In this document: piece by piece, positions 49,652-63,188 of the stretch
Position numbering within the stretch: the first letter of the stretch is position 1
How the letters are laid out: each line of letters starts with the position of its first letter
DNA from: Squalus acanthias
Lineage: Eukaryota
Length of the DNA stretch: 64,000 nucleotides
Direction of reading: 5' to 3'
NCBI GenBank assembly: GCA_030390025.1
Contig: CM059432.1
Coordinates: 17,114,001-17,178,000 of the forward strand
Made by a program: the position numbers and the translations under genes
Notes under the pieces: model-generated
The model's input: the letters and a program-made list of their open reading frames with translations, nothing else
Database searches by the model: none
What the model was told of the DNA's origin: nothing

Positions 49652-50085
49652 ATCTTTCTATTAGGCACTTTACAGCCTTCTGGACTTAACATCGAGTTCA
49701 ACAATTTCAGACTATAACCACGGCCCCTGTATTTCTTTTATATATTTTTTTCTCTCGTTTTCTCACATGGTAGCTGTTGATGACACTGCCATCATCATTC
49801 ACACCTCATCTAGAGCCATCTTTTGTTTCTTAACTTGTCCCATTACCTCTCCTTTTGCCTCGCACCATCATCCCTTTTGTCAGTCAATCTCTCCTGCCTT
49901 CCATCCTATCACAGACCTTCTCTTTGTTCTTTCCTCCCCTCCTCCATGCCCCTGCTTAAAAATCTCTCTTCCCTAACCTTTTCCAGTTCTGACGAAGGGT
50001 CCCCGACTCGAAATGTTGACTGTTTCTCTCTCCTCGATGCTGCCTGACCTGCTGAGTGTTTCCAGCATTTTCTGTTGTTATTTTG
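49652..50085 (+). mobile_element. Penelope-like 3' fragment: GIY-YIG C-terminus plus pseudo-LTR
   Basis: 49652-49717 translates IFLLGTLQPSGLNIEFNNFRL*; downstream hammerhead-like motif and GATGCTGCCTGACCTGCTGAGT end. Confidence 0.8.
49984..50022 (+). ncRNA. Minimal type I hammerhead ribozyme-like motif
   Basis: CAGUU-CUGACGA-A-GGGUC(CCC)GACUC-GAAA-UG-UU-GACUG: 5-bp stem I, core boxes, stem II. Confidence 0.65.
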
Positions 50086-51330
50086 TGTTTAACTAACTTG
50101 ATTGAGTTTTTTGATGCGGTAACAGAGAGGGTTGATGAGGGTAATGCAGTTGACATGGTGTATATGGATTTCCAAAAGGTGTTTGATAAAGCACCACATA
50201 ATAGGCTTGCCAGCAAAGTTGAAGCCCATGGAATAAAAGGGACAGTGGCAGCACGGATACGAAATTGGCTAAGTGACAGGAAACAGAGAGTAGTGGTAAA
50301 CGGTTGTTTTTCGGACTGGAGGAAGGTATACAGTGGTGTTCCCCAGGGGTCGGTACTAGGACCACAGCTTTTCTTGATATATATTAATGACTTGGACTTG
50401 GAAGTACAGGGCACAATTTCAAAATTTGCAGGTAACACAAAACTTGGCAGTATAGTGAACAGTGAGGAGGATAGTGATAGACTTCAAGAAGACATAGGCT
50501 GGTGGAATGGGTGGACATGTGGCAGATGAAATTTAATGCAGAAAAGTGCAAAGTGATACATTTTGGTAAGAAGAACGAGGAGAGGCAATATAAAATAAAG
50601 GGTACAATCCTAAAGGGGGTGCATGAACAGAGAGACCTGGGGGGTGCACAAATCGTTGAAGATGGCGGGGCAGGTTGAGTAAGCGGTTAAAAAAGCATAC
50701 GGGATACTGGGCTTCATAAATAGAGGCATAGAGCACAAAAGCAAGGAAGTTATGATGAACCTTTATAAAACACTGGTTTGGCCTCAACTGGATTATTGTG
50801 TCCAATTCTGGGCGCCGCACTTTAGGAAGGATGTGAAGGCCTTAGAGATGATGCAGAAAAGATTTACGAGAATGATTCCAGGGATGAGGGATTTCAGTTA
50901 CGTGGATAGACTAGAGAAGCTGGGGTTGTTCTCCTTAGAGCACAGAAGGTTGAGAGGAGATTTGATAGAGGTGTTCAAAATCATGATGGGTCGAGACAGA
51001 GTAGATAGAGAGAAACTGTTCCCATTGCCTGAAGGGTCGAGAACCAGAGGACACAGATTTAAGGTGATTGGCAAAAGAACCAAAGACGAAATGAGGAAAA
51101 ACTTTTTTAAGCAGCGAGTGGTTAGGATTTGGAATGCACTGCCTGAAAGGGTGGTGGAGGCAGACTCAATCGTGACTTTCAAAGGGGAATTGGATAAGTA
51201 CCTGAAGGAAAAAAATTTGCAGGGCTACGGGGAAAGGGTGGGAGAGTGGGACTAGCTGAAGTGCTCTTGCAGAGAGCCGGCACGGGCTTGACGGGCCGAA
51301 TGGCCTCCCTCTGTGCTGTAACCATTCTAT
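50086..51330 (+). mobile_element. CR1 RT to 3' end
   Basis: CLTNLIEFF...DFQKVFDK...[20 protein letters not shown]...WNALPE; CR1 tail. Confidence 0.93.
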
Positions 51331-51599
51331 GATATCCCAAAGTGCTTCGCAGCCAATGAATTACTTTCCAGGTGTAGTCACTGTTGTAATATAGAGAAAT
51401 ACAGCAGCCAATTTGCACAGTAAGCTTCCACAGAAATAAATGACCAGTTCATCTGTTTTAGGTTTTAGTTGAGGGATAAATGTTAGCACAGAATTGCCCA
51501 CTAAAAATGATGGATTATTCTATGGCTCTGCAGATCCAAACCTGGTCCCTCTTCATATTATATAAGGACAGTTCTGTGGTAAGTTAGTTAGCATGGTGG

Positions 51600-54220
51600 T
51601 TCTTCTCTTCTTCTTAGGCAGTCCCTTGGAACCGAGGATGACTTGCTTCCACACTAAAAATGAGTTCTCAGGTGACTGATGAGTCCAATGCGGGACCGAC
51701 AGTCTCTGTCACAGGTGGGGCAGATGGTGGTTGAAGGATCGGGCGGGTAGGGTGCTTGGGTTGACGTGCGCTCCTTCCGCTGTTTGCGCTTGGCTTCCGC
51801 TTGCTCCCAGCGAAGAGACTCGAGGTGTTCGGCGCCTTCCCGGATGCTTCTCCTCCACTTTGTGCGGTCTTGGGTCAGGGATTCCCAGGTGTCGGTGGGG
51901 ATGTTGCACTTTTTCAAGGAGGCTTTGAGGGTGTCCTTGAAACGTTTCCTCTGCCCACCTGGGGCTCTCTTGCCGTGTCGGAGCTCCGAGTAGAGCGCTT
52001 GTTTTGGGATCTCGTATCGGGCATGCGGACGGTGTGGCCCGTCCATCGGAGATGATCGAGCGTGGTCAAAGCTTCGACGCTGGGGATGTTGGCCTGAGCG
52101 AGAACACTGACGTTGGTGCGCCTACCCTGCCAATGGATTTGCAGGATCTTGCGGAGGCAGCGTTGGTTGTGCCTCTCCAGTGCTTTGAGGTGCCTGCTGT
52201 ACATGGTCCATGTCTCTGAAGCGTACAGGAGGGCGGGTATCACTACTACTCGGTAGACTATGAGCTTGGTGCTGGGTTTGAGGTCCTGAGTTTGAGGTCC
52301 TGATCTTCGAACGCTCTCTTCCTCAGGTGACCGAAGGCTGCACTGGCACACTGAAGGCGGTGTTGGACTTCGTCATCGACGTCTGCCCTTGTTGACGGTA
52401 GGCTCCCGAGGTATGGAAAGTGGTCCACGTTGTTCAAGGCCTCGTCATGGATTTTGATAATCGGGGAGCAGTACTGTTTGGCGGGGGCAGGTTGGTAGAG
52501 GACGATGGTTTGGAGTTCGACCTCCGAGTGTGCGCAGACGCAAGTGTCGTCTGCATACTATAATTCGATGACAGAGGATGGGACGACCATGGATGTGGAC
52601 TGGAGGCAACGGAGGTTGAACAGTTTCCCGTTTGTTCTGTAGATTAGCTCCACTCCAGCGGGGAGCTTACTGAGGGTGAGATGGAGCATTGCAGCCAGGA
52701 AGATCGAGAAGAGCGTTGGTGCGATGACACAGCCTTGCTTGACCCCGGTCCGTACGTGAATTGGGTCTGTGGTGGATCCGTTGGTCAGGATCACTGCTTG
52801 CATGTCGTCATGAAGCAGGCGGAGGATGGTGACAAACGTTTGAGGGCAGCCGAATTTGAGGAGGACACTCCATAATCCCTCACGGTTGACTGTGTCGAAG
52901 GCCTTTGTGAGGTCAAAGAAGGCCATGTACAGCGGTTGGTGCTGTTCCCTGCATTTCTCTTGGAGTTGACTCGCGATGAAGATCATGTCCGTTGTGTCCC
53001 TTAGTGGGCGGAATCCGCATTGCGACTCTGGGAGGAGCTCTTCAACCACTGGGAGAAGTCGATTGAGGAGAATTCTTGCGATGACTTTCCCTGTGACGGA
53101 CAGCAGGGTGACTCCTCTGTAATTACCGCAATCGGACTTGTCACCTTTCTTGAAGCTGGTCACAATTACGGCATCTCTGAGATCCCCTGGCATGCTCTCC
53201 TCCTTTCAAATAAGAGAAATGAGTTCATGTATTCGCGCCAATAGTGCTTCTCCGCCATGTTTTAGCACCTCGGCAGGGATTCCATCTGCTCCTGAGGCCT
53301 TGTTGTTGTTCAGTTGTCGGATGGCCTTTTCAACCTCATGTCAGGCTGGGGTTGTGCTGAGGTGGTGGCGGGTAGCATGCTGCGGGATGGAGTTGAGGAC
53401 ATTCGCATCAAAGACAGAGTCTCGGTTAAGGAGATCTTCAAAGTGCTCCTTCCAGCGGGCACTGACTGCCTCTCTGTCCTTGATGAGTACCTCTCCGTTC
53501 TTGGCCCGCAGTGGGGTAGGACCTTGGGTGCTTGGGCCGTAGGTGATCTTGACTGCGCTAAAGAATTCACGCACGTCGTGGTTGTCGGCTAGCTGCTGGA
53601 TCTCCTGCACTTTCTCCACCCACCATCTGTTCTTTAGGTTGCGAGTTTTTTTTTTGGACCTCTGCCTTCAGGCGTCTGTAGAGCTGCTTTCTTGCTCTCG
53701 AGTTCTGCTGCTGTTTCCAGATCAGGAATGCCTTGCGCTTGCGGCTTATTAGCTCTTGGATCTCCTGGTCGTTCTCTTCGGACCAGTCTTGGTGTTTCCT
53801 GGTCGAGTGACCGAGCGTCTCTTCACAGGTGCTGATTATGGAGGCCTTGAGTGCAGACCAGGCGCTGTGGACACTCTGTGTCTCTGCATCACTGGGAGTC
53901 GTCAGGTTGGTTGTGAGGCGCAGGCTGAATAGGGCTTTCTTAGCAGGGTCTTTGAGTGCTCCAGTGTTGATTTTCCTGCTTCTGTTGTCGCCGCTGTTTT
54001 GGGGCTACGTTGATGGAGATGACAGAGCGGATTAGGTGGAGGTCTGTCCAGCAGTCGCCAGCTCCTGTCATGGCGAGGGTGATGCGGACGTCCTTGCGGT
54101 CCCTCGCTCGGACGATGACGTAGTCCAGCAGATGCCAGTGCTTGGAGCGAGGGTGTTGCCATGAAGCCTTGTACTTGTCTCTCTGACGGAACAAGGTGTT
54201 GGTATGACAAGGCCATGTTC
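51600..54220 (-). mobile_element. RTE-clade LINE, 5'-truncated, with C-terminal zinc finger and (GAA)n tail
   Basis: WHLLDYVIVR, NYRGVTLLS, QCGFRP, FFDLTKAFDTV, CPTCDRDC..LISHLRTH; TTC repeats at 51600. Confidence 0.94.
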
Positions 54221-55804
54221 TAAGTTAGTGGATGGGTAAATGATGCAAGAGGCTGCACCATTAGATGGAGCTAACTTGATGGGCCTAATCTTTTCGTATG
54301 TATATGTATGAACCAAGAGAACAGGAGATCGTTCCACTAACAGAATTATAAATATCTGGACTGGTTGAGGGTTTTTAAACTAACCTCTTCATGCTGTTGG
54401 TACCCAATGCTGCTATAATAATCTGCTGTCATCTAGTGGATATGCTTGATAATAGCAGTTTGTGGATCAAAAATGTAGGAAACACACCATTTTGTTACAC
54501 CCAAAAACCTACATACCCAAACAGCCCCTTTTCCTAAAAAAAAAACCAAATTCCTCAGGGTGTGAGATTAATGTATCATTATCTGTGCCTAGTTGTTTGT
54601 TCATTAAGGAATTAGGCCCAAACACCAACATTGCAAATAAAGTTTTCTAGATTTGCAAGCTTATGGCTGGCCATACTAATTGAGTAATGAGCCAGACTTG
54701 GTTAATAATCTAACAGTAAATGAGCATTTATCTAACAGTGATCATAATATGATTAAATTCAATGTTAAGTTTCTCCTTTTCAAACCTAACACAATTACTA
54801 AGGTTCTAGATTTTGGTAAGGCTAACTTTAATGGGATGAGAATGACGACAGCAAACTGGTCAAAACAGTTATCAGCTAAAACTACAGATGAACAGTGGCG
54901 GTGTTCAAAAAGGAATTTTGTTTAATACAGGACCAATATATACCCCGAAGGGAAAAGAACTCTACTTACCAAATAAAAGAGCCATGGTCGACAAAAGAGG
55001 TGAGAGATCACATAAAACTGAAGGAAAGAGCATATAAAAGTGCAAAGAATGGTGTAAACTCAGGGGACTGGGGGAGAGAGAGAGAGAGCAACTCCATGCG
55101 TTTGAATGCCGAGTCTCTCGGTGATGTACCAGTGTAGCGAAGCTTGTGGAGGAGCAGGGCAAATCGAACAGCATCTTCCTGATTTCCACATTTAACTGCG
55201 CATGTGCGGTCACCAGAAGTTGCTGTCCGATTTACTCCATAATAACGGTGAGCGCCGATAGCCTCACCATTATTCCTACCACAAAATCTCGGGCCATTAA
55301 TGATATATTTATGGTCTATGATTTCCAGGTATATCGCTTCATCCTTGTCAGTCAAAGCTTCACCAATATCAGTTCCCATCTCCTTTAAGTTACACACATG
55401 CTGAATCGTAGATGTTGGACCTGAGATATTACTATAAATTAGATTCAGAATAGCTTCTGACTGCATTGGCTTTTCAACAGGCTAAGTAGGGAGGTAATCC
55501 TTCACCCACTTCTAGAAACATGCACTTCTTTGTTTTACCTCTATTGTTTTCCCTCAGTCAAATCTGAAAAGAACAACCTTAATTATCGTGACATGACATC
55601 GGAGCAATTTCCAACGCCTAAAGTGGTTTCAAGATCAGTATTTTACTTATCGGCTGAGACTGGTAAGCAGAATGTAACGCTGGACCATCTCCAAAAACTA
55701 ACAATGCTAACATCCATGCTGATGCCTTTTTACTTTTTAACAACATTGTCATGCTAGAGTGCTGCAGAATCTTCACAAACTCATCCACTGTTATAAAGAT
55801 TGAA

Positions 55805-56615
55805 TTTTATTCATTCTCGTTTTATGGGCATTGCTGGCAAAGCAGGCTTTTATTCCCCATCCTTAGTTGCCCTTAAAGTGGTGGTGGGCCGCCTTCTTGA
55901 ACTGCTGCAGTCCTTGTGGTGAAGGTACTCCTACAATACTTTAAGGAAGCGAGTTCCAGGATTATGACCCAGTGACTATGAAGGGATAGCGATGAATGTT
56001 CAAGTCAGGATGGTATTTGACTTGTAGGGAAACTTGGAGGTGATGGTGTTCCTATGCACCTGCTGCCCTTGTCTGTCTAGGTGGTGGTGGCTGTGCATTT
56101 GAGAGGTGTTGCCGAAGAAGCCTTGGCGAGTTGCTGCAGTGCATCTTGTAGATAGTGCATACACAGTACACTGGTGGTGAGGGAATGGATGCTTAATCTG
56201 GTGAATGGGGTGCAGATCAAGTGGACTAATTTGTCCTTGTTGTTGCAGCTGCACCCATCTAGGCAAGTTGAGATTATTCCAGCACACTCCTGATTTGTGC
56301 GTTATAGGTGGTGGAGAGGCTTTGGGGAGTTGGGAGGGGAGCCGCATGCCGCAGAATACCCAGCCTCTGACCTGCTGTTGTAGTCACAGTATTTATGTGG
56401 TTGGTCCAGTTAAGTTTCTGGTCAATGATGACCCCAGGATGTTGATAGTGGGGAATTTGGTGATGGTAATGCCATTGAATATCAAGGGGAAATGGTTAGG
56501 CTCTCTCTTGTTGGAGATGGTCATTGTCTTGTGTGACATGAATGTTACTTGCCACTTATCAGCCCAAGCTTGGATGTTGTCCAGGTCTTGTTGCATGCGG
56601 GCATGGACTGATTCA
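55805..56615 (-). mobile_element. 3' fragment of the LINE family at 23487-26362
   Basis: MQQDLDNIQAWADKWQVTF; colinear with 23490-24335. Confidence 0.85.
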
Positions 56616-56619
56616 TTAT

Positions 56620-57268
56620 TCTAACTCGCACCAAGTCCCGTTCACCCCTCACCTTGTGCTTGCTGACCTACATTGGCTCCCAGTCTGGCAATGGCTCGAT
56701 TTTAAAAATTCTCCTTGTTTTCAAACCCCTCCACGGCTTCGCCCTTTCCTATCTCTCTAACCTCCTCCAGCCCTACATTCCTCTGAGATCTCTGCACTCC
56801 TCCATTTCTGGCCTCTTGCGCATCCCCGATTTTAATCGCTCTACCATTTGGTGGCTGTGCTTTCAGCTACTTAGGCCCTAAGTTCTGGAATTCCCTCCCT
56901 AAACTTCTCTGCCTCTCTCCTCCTTTAAGATGCTTTTTAAAACCTACCTCTTTGACCAAGATTTTGGTTACCCTCTCTTTCCTCCTTTTAAGAAGCTCCT
57001 TAAAACCTACCTCTTTGACCAAGTGTTTGGTCACCTGCCCTAATTTATCCTTATGTGGATGGGTGTCAAATATTTTGTCTCAAAACACTCCTGTGCGGTG
57101 CCTTGGGACGTTTTACGTTAAAGGCGCTATATAAATACAAATTGTTGTTACCTGTCCTAATAGCTCCTTATGTGGCTTGGTGTCAAATTTTGTTTGTTAA
57201 CGCTCTTGCGAAGCACGTTGGGGCATTTTACTACGTTAAAGGTGCTGTATAAATGCAAGTTGTTGTTG
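56620..57268 (+). mobile_element. L2 3' end with duplicated terminal segments
   Basis: LADLHWLPV; two TATAAAT(A/G)CAA..TTGTTG tails. Confidence 0.88.
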
Positions 57269-58277
57269 AAATGTTGAAATTATGTATAGTATCAAAATTG
57301 AATAATGACAAGTAACTTAATGATGTGAACAAAAGGAAACCTTTTGCTTTATGTAGTTTCACTTGTCAGTTAACTGAACTATAATGGCAGAATTACTAAT
57401 CCATTTACATTTAGAAAAATTGGGCACCACTTAGTTTTGGAAAAGGAAAAACAGAAAATAACTTTATTTTTCAGGAGTTGCATAGTGGGTACTGTGTGTT
57501 GGAGCACTGACGCTCAGTACCATGAAATAGGGCCAATAGAAGTTTGATCCCATTCCATTCTGTTTCTGAGGTGAGTTATGTTGAGCAAATGCTGTGACCG
57601 CCGCCCCCCCCCCCCCCCCCCCCCCCCACAAGACTTCTTTGAGCATGATTGATATTACAAGGTCAGGTATCAATTTTGTGATTTTCATGCAGCAGTCGAG
57701 CCTAGGAAGGCCCACGGTTTTCTCTCTCGGTTAGCTGAGCTCTGCCAGTAGAGGCACTACATTGGGCATCAACAGCTTCTGGGCCAAGGAGGACAAAAAA
57801 ATACGGCTTGAATTCCAATCACTATCCATTGATACCAGATTAAAAAGTGTGCATGTGTGAATGAATGTTAGGCAACGACAGAATCAAGCAATAGGGTGTT
57901 AATGTTTCATTATCTAAATGCCTGGCAGAATTTGTTGTGTGGACTTACTCATGAAGAATGGCTACTTGGATTAGGTATTAGAGGGCTACCTGCACTCATG
58001 GAACCATATTTATCAAGAGTCAGCACCTTCAAAAGAGGAGGGGAGAAGGGGGGAAGAAAAGAAAATGGAAGAAAAGTGAAAGCAAGCTCATCCTGGATGG
58101 TGGTTCTTTTTCGCAAAGCTAGCTCAAACTACATCTCTGCAGCTTCTCTTATCAGTAAAAGTGACTAGTTGTCTCCCATTACTTGAATTTAGACCTTATT
58201 GACTGCAAGGAAATCTTTAGTAACCGATCTTATAAATTGGTAGAAATTTGTGGTAACAGAACTGGGAACACCATCAG

Positions 58278-59501
58278 CATAAGAACGTAAGACGTAGGAG
58301 CAGGAGTAGGTCATTTGGCCCCTTGAGCCTGCTCCGCCATTCAGTAAGATCATGGCTGATCTGATCTTGGCCTCAACTCCATTTCCCTGCCCGCTCCCCA
58401 AAATCCTTGACTCCCTTACCTTTCAAACATCTGTCTATCTCCACCTTAAATATATTCAATGACCCAGCCTCCACAGCTCTCTGGGGAAGAGAATTCCAAA
58501 TATTCACAACCCTCTGAGAGAAGAAATTCCTCCTCATTTCCAATTTAAAAGGGTGAAATTATGCCCCCTAGTTCTAGATTCCCCCACGAGGGGAAACATC
58601 CTCTCTGCATCTACCCTGTCAAACCCCTTCAGAATCTTATATGTGTCAATAAGATCCCCTCTCATTCTTCTAAACTCCAATGAGTATAGGCCCAACCTGC
58701 TCAACCTTTCTTCATAAGACAACCCTTTCATCTCCGGAATCAACCTCGTGAACCTTCTCTGAACTGCCTCCAATGCAAGTATATCCTTCCTTAAATAAGG
58801 AGACCAAAACTGTACGCAGAACTCCAGGTGTGGTCTCACCAACGCCCTGTACAGTTGTAACAAGATTTCCCTACTTTTATACTCCATTCCCTTTGCAATA
58901 AAGGCCAACATTCCATTTGCCTTCCTAATTACTTGCTGTTACCTGCATGCTAACTTTTTGTGATTCATGTCCAAGGACCCCCAGATCCCTCTGTACCTCA
59001 GCATTCTGTAATCTCTCCCCATTTAATTTAATAATTTGCTTTTTTATTTTTCCTACCAAAGTGGATAACCTCACATTTTCCCACATTAAACTCCATCTGC
59101 CAGATTTTTGCCCACTCACTTAGCCTATCTATATCCCTTTGGAGATTCTTTGCGTCCGCCACACAGTTTGCTTTCCCACCTATCTTTGTATCATCAGCAA
59201 ATTTGGCTACATTGCACTCAGTCCCTTCATCCAAGTCATTAATATAGATTGTAAATAGTTGAGGCCCTAGCACTGATCCCTGCGGCACCCCACTAGTTTG
59301 CCAACCTGAAAATGACCCATTTATCCCGACTCTCTGTTTTCTGTTAGTTAGCCAATCCTCTATCCATGCTAATATATTACCCCCAACCCCGTGAGCTCTT
59401 GTGTAGTAACCTTTTATGTGGCACCTTATCGAATGCCTTCTGGAAATCCAAATACACGACATCTACTGGTTCCCCTTTATCCTCCCTGCTCGTTACATCC
59501 T
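58278..59501 (-). mobile_element. CR1 RT to 3' end
   Basis: [34 protein letters not shown]; same subfamily as 36740-40147. Confidence 0.92.
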
Positions 59502-60604
59502 CATTTGGATATAGTAGTTTTTTTAATATGTATTCATTGGGACTGCTGCGGTTCGAGGAGAAGGGCCACCACCAACTTCTCAGGCTAATTACAGCTTTGC
59601 CCCCGTTCTGAGAATACATTTTTAAAAACTACTATATTCAAATGGGTAAAGACCATTTATTTCTGTTCTGGTAATTGGTAATAAGGTGTTACCAATTTAC
59701 AGTTGTTGCTAAAAGTGAGGAGAGTAGTTAGGAAAAAAATTCTTTGTACAGAAGGTTGATGGGATGCTTTGCCACAGGGAGTAGCTGTAGCAACTTTTAA
59801 GGGAAAATTGGATAAATATTTGAAGCAGGGTTGATAGAGCTATGGGGTGATTTGTACGAAGCAGTGGGATTAGTTTTGGATTGGTCTAGCAAAGAGCTAG
59901 TATAAACATAATGGGCCGAATAGCCACCTTCTGTGCTGTAAACATTTATGATTTTATGGTTCTATATATTGCACAGATCTGGTTGTTGAAATTTAGTGCA
60001 CTTTTAAATACCAACCTAATGTGTTTTCTCAATCCTGACGGCAAATGGGCCCTGTAATAAGGACAGACATAGCAAATGTAAAAGCAGGCCAAGGGTCTCG
60101 AGACTATTTTAAAACATGTATTTAGCAAAATTTAAGAACCTTGGGGAGGGACAAGGGGAGAGAGATTTTACTTAGGTGTTGCATTATGTCTCCGTAATAG
60201 GTTAAAGGTCAAGACTTCCACTGCAAAATGATGAATTAACAGGGAGATTAAAAGTTTGATATTGCCACAGTAATTAGAGTACCTCCATTTAATACTGAAA
60301 ACATTTAATGCTTCTCAAAGTTGTGTGCCTCCGTGCCTCTTTATTCCGCCTTTTTAACCATTTTCAAATGGCTGTCTGGATTGGTGCACTTCCTTCAACC
60401 CTGTGATTTCAGTTTCATTTTTTTTTCCTGCCTTTGTCCCCATTGGGAATCAGCTCCAGGTTATTCATTCCTTCCACCACATGCCACTAGGTTTCATAGT
60501 TTTTGTATGAGCAGTTGCAGTTCATTATTGTTTTGAGTTGAACAGAAGATGTGAGAAGCACAAGTGGCTGAGTTGAAACCTATGACTTCTACAGAGCTCA
60601 ATGA

Positions 60605-60870
60605 CTAGATTATCTATCTTAGTGACGTTGGTTGAGGCATAAATAATGGCTGGGGCATCAGGGAGAACTCCCCTGCTCTTCTCTGAATAGTGCCATGAGA
60701 TCTTTTACGTTCACCTGAGGGCAGATGGGGCCTTGGTTTAACGTTTCACTCGAAAGCCGGCACCTTGGACAGGTGCAGCACTCCCTCAGTACTGTACTGA
60801 AGTGTTGGCATAGATTATGTGCTCAAGTCTCTGGCGTGAGACTTAAACCCATGACCTTCTGGCTCTGAGG
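60605..60870 (-). mobile_element. DeuSINE 5' and central fragment (another piece at about 51331-51485)
   Basis: Reverse-complement similarity to 8405-8660. Confidence 0.75.
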
Positions 60871-61852
60871 CTACCCCTGAGCCAAGGTAGACACCCCAGA
60901 GTTGTTCAGAGAGAAGGATGAATAAAATTTTAAGTTCATCAAATATTGAGTTTCGTAATTTCTTGAAGCAAAACGTTTTTGCTCGGAGGCAGAAATGGAT
61001 AAATGAAAAAGAAAGCATGTATGGGGAATGGGATGAAGTGGATAGCTGTTTGAGAGATCTGGCACAGGATCGATGGGCCGGATGGTCGTCTCCTATGCTG
61101 TATAGTTATATGATTTTACACATAGGAATTGTGGTTAGCAATTTGGGTTACTAGGTTTCAGGTGGTTCTTATGGCTTCAACTGTTGCTTTGCTTTAACTA
61201 ATAGTTTCTCCCTTTACCTGCCTGTGGGGAAGAGCTGCTTTGCATTTGGTAGCTTTACACAGTAATGCAGCAAAATTGATAATTCAGCTAAGGAGGATTG
61301 ACCTATTACTTCACTGTGTCTTGGTGCTTCAACGTGCTGTGCCAACATGCCACATTATTAAATTGCCAGCACAATACATTTTTTACAGTCAGTTTTATGA
61401 ATTTGAGTTTTGCCTGCTGGGAGCACATACCAGGAAATCTTGGCAGTGCTTCCCACAATTTTGTACCCATTAATTTTAATGGATGGGAAATCTTGGGACG
61501 AATGCCTCTATTTCCCAATAAATGTTCCATATGGGTGAGGCTTGCTACTGGAAGCACACATTTGTAAAATTGGTCCTTGTGTTTTTTAACCCAAATATTG
61601 TAAATGTGGAACAATCAGTCAAGTTCATTTTCATAGCTGTTTTGAATATTGCGTGAAAGAAAAACTAATATTGGCTTTGCTTTCTTGCTTTGTGTGAATT
61701 TTATCTTCCGCCTTAAAGGACAGGCATTGCCTTCAGGATGTCTTTTAATATCCATTTAGAAGGAATTCTAATTTTTGAAAGGAGTACTGGTTGTCAGTTT
61801 CTTGTTTAATGTAAGTCATGCAATAAGAATTTCATTTTTTTTCATATTTAAG

Positions 61853-62112
61853 GGCATCTGAAACAGATTGATCCTGAGACGTTTAAAGACTTTTACAACT
61901 TTTGGAAGGAATCAGAGACTGAGGCTCGGGAAGTTAACCTGCCTCTGGAAGTGATAGAACACCTGGACAAAAATGAAAGTGTCTATAAATTGTCGTCGTC
62001 TGTGAAGACCAACTATGGTGTGGGTAAAATTGCATTGACACAGAAGCGACTGTTCCTTCTTATAGAGGGAAGACCTGGCTATGTTGAGATTGCCAAATTT
62101 AGAGACATACAG
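61853..62112 (+). CDS. DENND3: DENND3 exon (window exon 11), [19 protein letters not shown]...[25 protein letters not shown]...FRDIQ
   Basis: AAG acceptor after a T tract, GTAAT donor, 260 nt phase 1-0. Confidence 0.97.
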
Positions 62113-62260
62113 GTAATGCTTTGGAATAGTTCATACGATTTAGGCTTTTTCTGAATGCTTTGTAATTCTTTTGTCTTTTTTAAAAAGCTCGACACAGGTA
62201 GTGTGAAGCAGGGAACTGAAGCAGGGCCACTGCCCAATTATATAAGTTCAAGTTCTTCCG

Positions 62261-62782
62261 TCTTCTTCTTCTTCTTCTTCTTCTTCTTAGGCAGTCCCTC
62301 GGAACCGAGGATGACTTGCTTCCACATTAAAAATGAGTTCGCAGGTGACTGATGAGTCCAATGCGGGACCTACAGTCTCTGTCACAGGTGGGGCAGACGG
62401 TGGTTGAAGGAGCAGGTGGGTGGGTGCTTGGGTTGACGTGCGCTGCCTGCGCTTGGCTTCCGCTTGCTCCCGGTGAAGAGACTCGAGGTGTTCGACGCCT
62501 TCCCGGATGCTTCTCCTCCACTTTGTGCGGTCTTGGGCCAGGGATTCCCAGGTGTCGGTGGGGATGTTACACTTTTTCAAGGAGGCTTTGAGGGTGTCCT
62601 TGAAGTGTTTCCTCTGCCCACCTGGGGCTCTCTTGCCGTGCCGGAGCTCCGAGTAGAGCGCTTGTTTTGGGAGTCTCGTATCGGGCATGCGGACAATGTG
62701 ACCCGTCCATCGGAGCTGATCGAGCGTGGTCAAAGCTTCAATGCTGGGGATGTTGGCCTGAGCAAGAACACTGACGTTGGCC
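62261..62782 (-). mobile_element. RTE 3' fragment with (GAA)n tail
   Basis: Nearly colinear with 51600-52120; (TTC)n at 62261-62288. Confidence 0.93.
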
Positions 62783-63188
62783 AGAGTTGACAGGTTATTT
62801 CATATGTAAATCAGCCAAGATACAGTAGCTTTGTTCTAAAGGGAGAATTTAATTAATCGCCCCTGAAAGAACAATGGATATTTTATCTGTAGAATCTAGT
62901 CAGACATTTAAAAAAAAAGAATGGTTTCTTCTGTTGTCAAAAGAAAACACCAGATATGTGTTAGAAATGGTTCATATCTTAGTTGGTTGACCATTGAGAT
63001 CCTTTGATCTTTAGATAAACATATAATTGGGCTTCCAGAGATGGGAAGTAAAGAAATTAGTTTAAAAAAAGCTCAATCACCCCTGTAGTCACTTTTGATC
63101 AGATGGAGGTGAGAGGAGATTTGATGTTTTACTGTCCCTTTATGCTTTTTATATGATTCTTGATAGCACAAATTAATATTAGCTATAT

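Noticed and set aside
51674..51712. CTGATGAGTCC...GGAC hammerhead-like string (also near 62349)
   Set aside because: No GAAA box follows stem II; it is the antisense of the RTE zinc-finger codons.
57604..57627. Poly-C run (also G runs at about 13440-13459 and an A/T run at about 12200-12235)
   Set aside because: Simple homopolymers of unreliable length; no supporting context.
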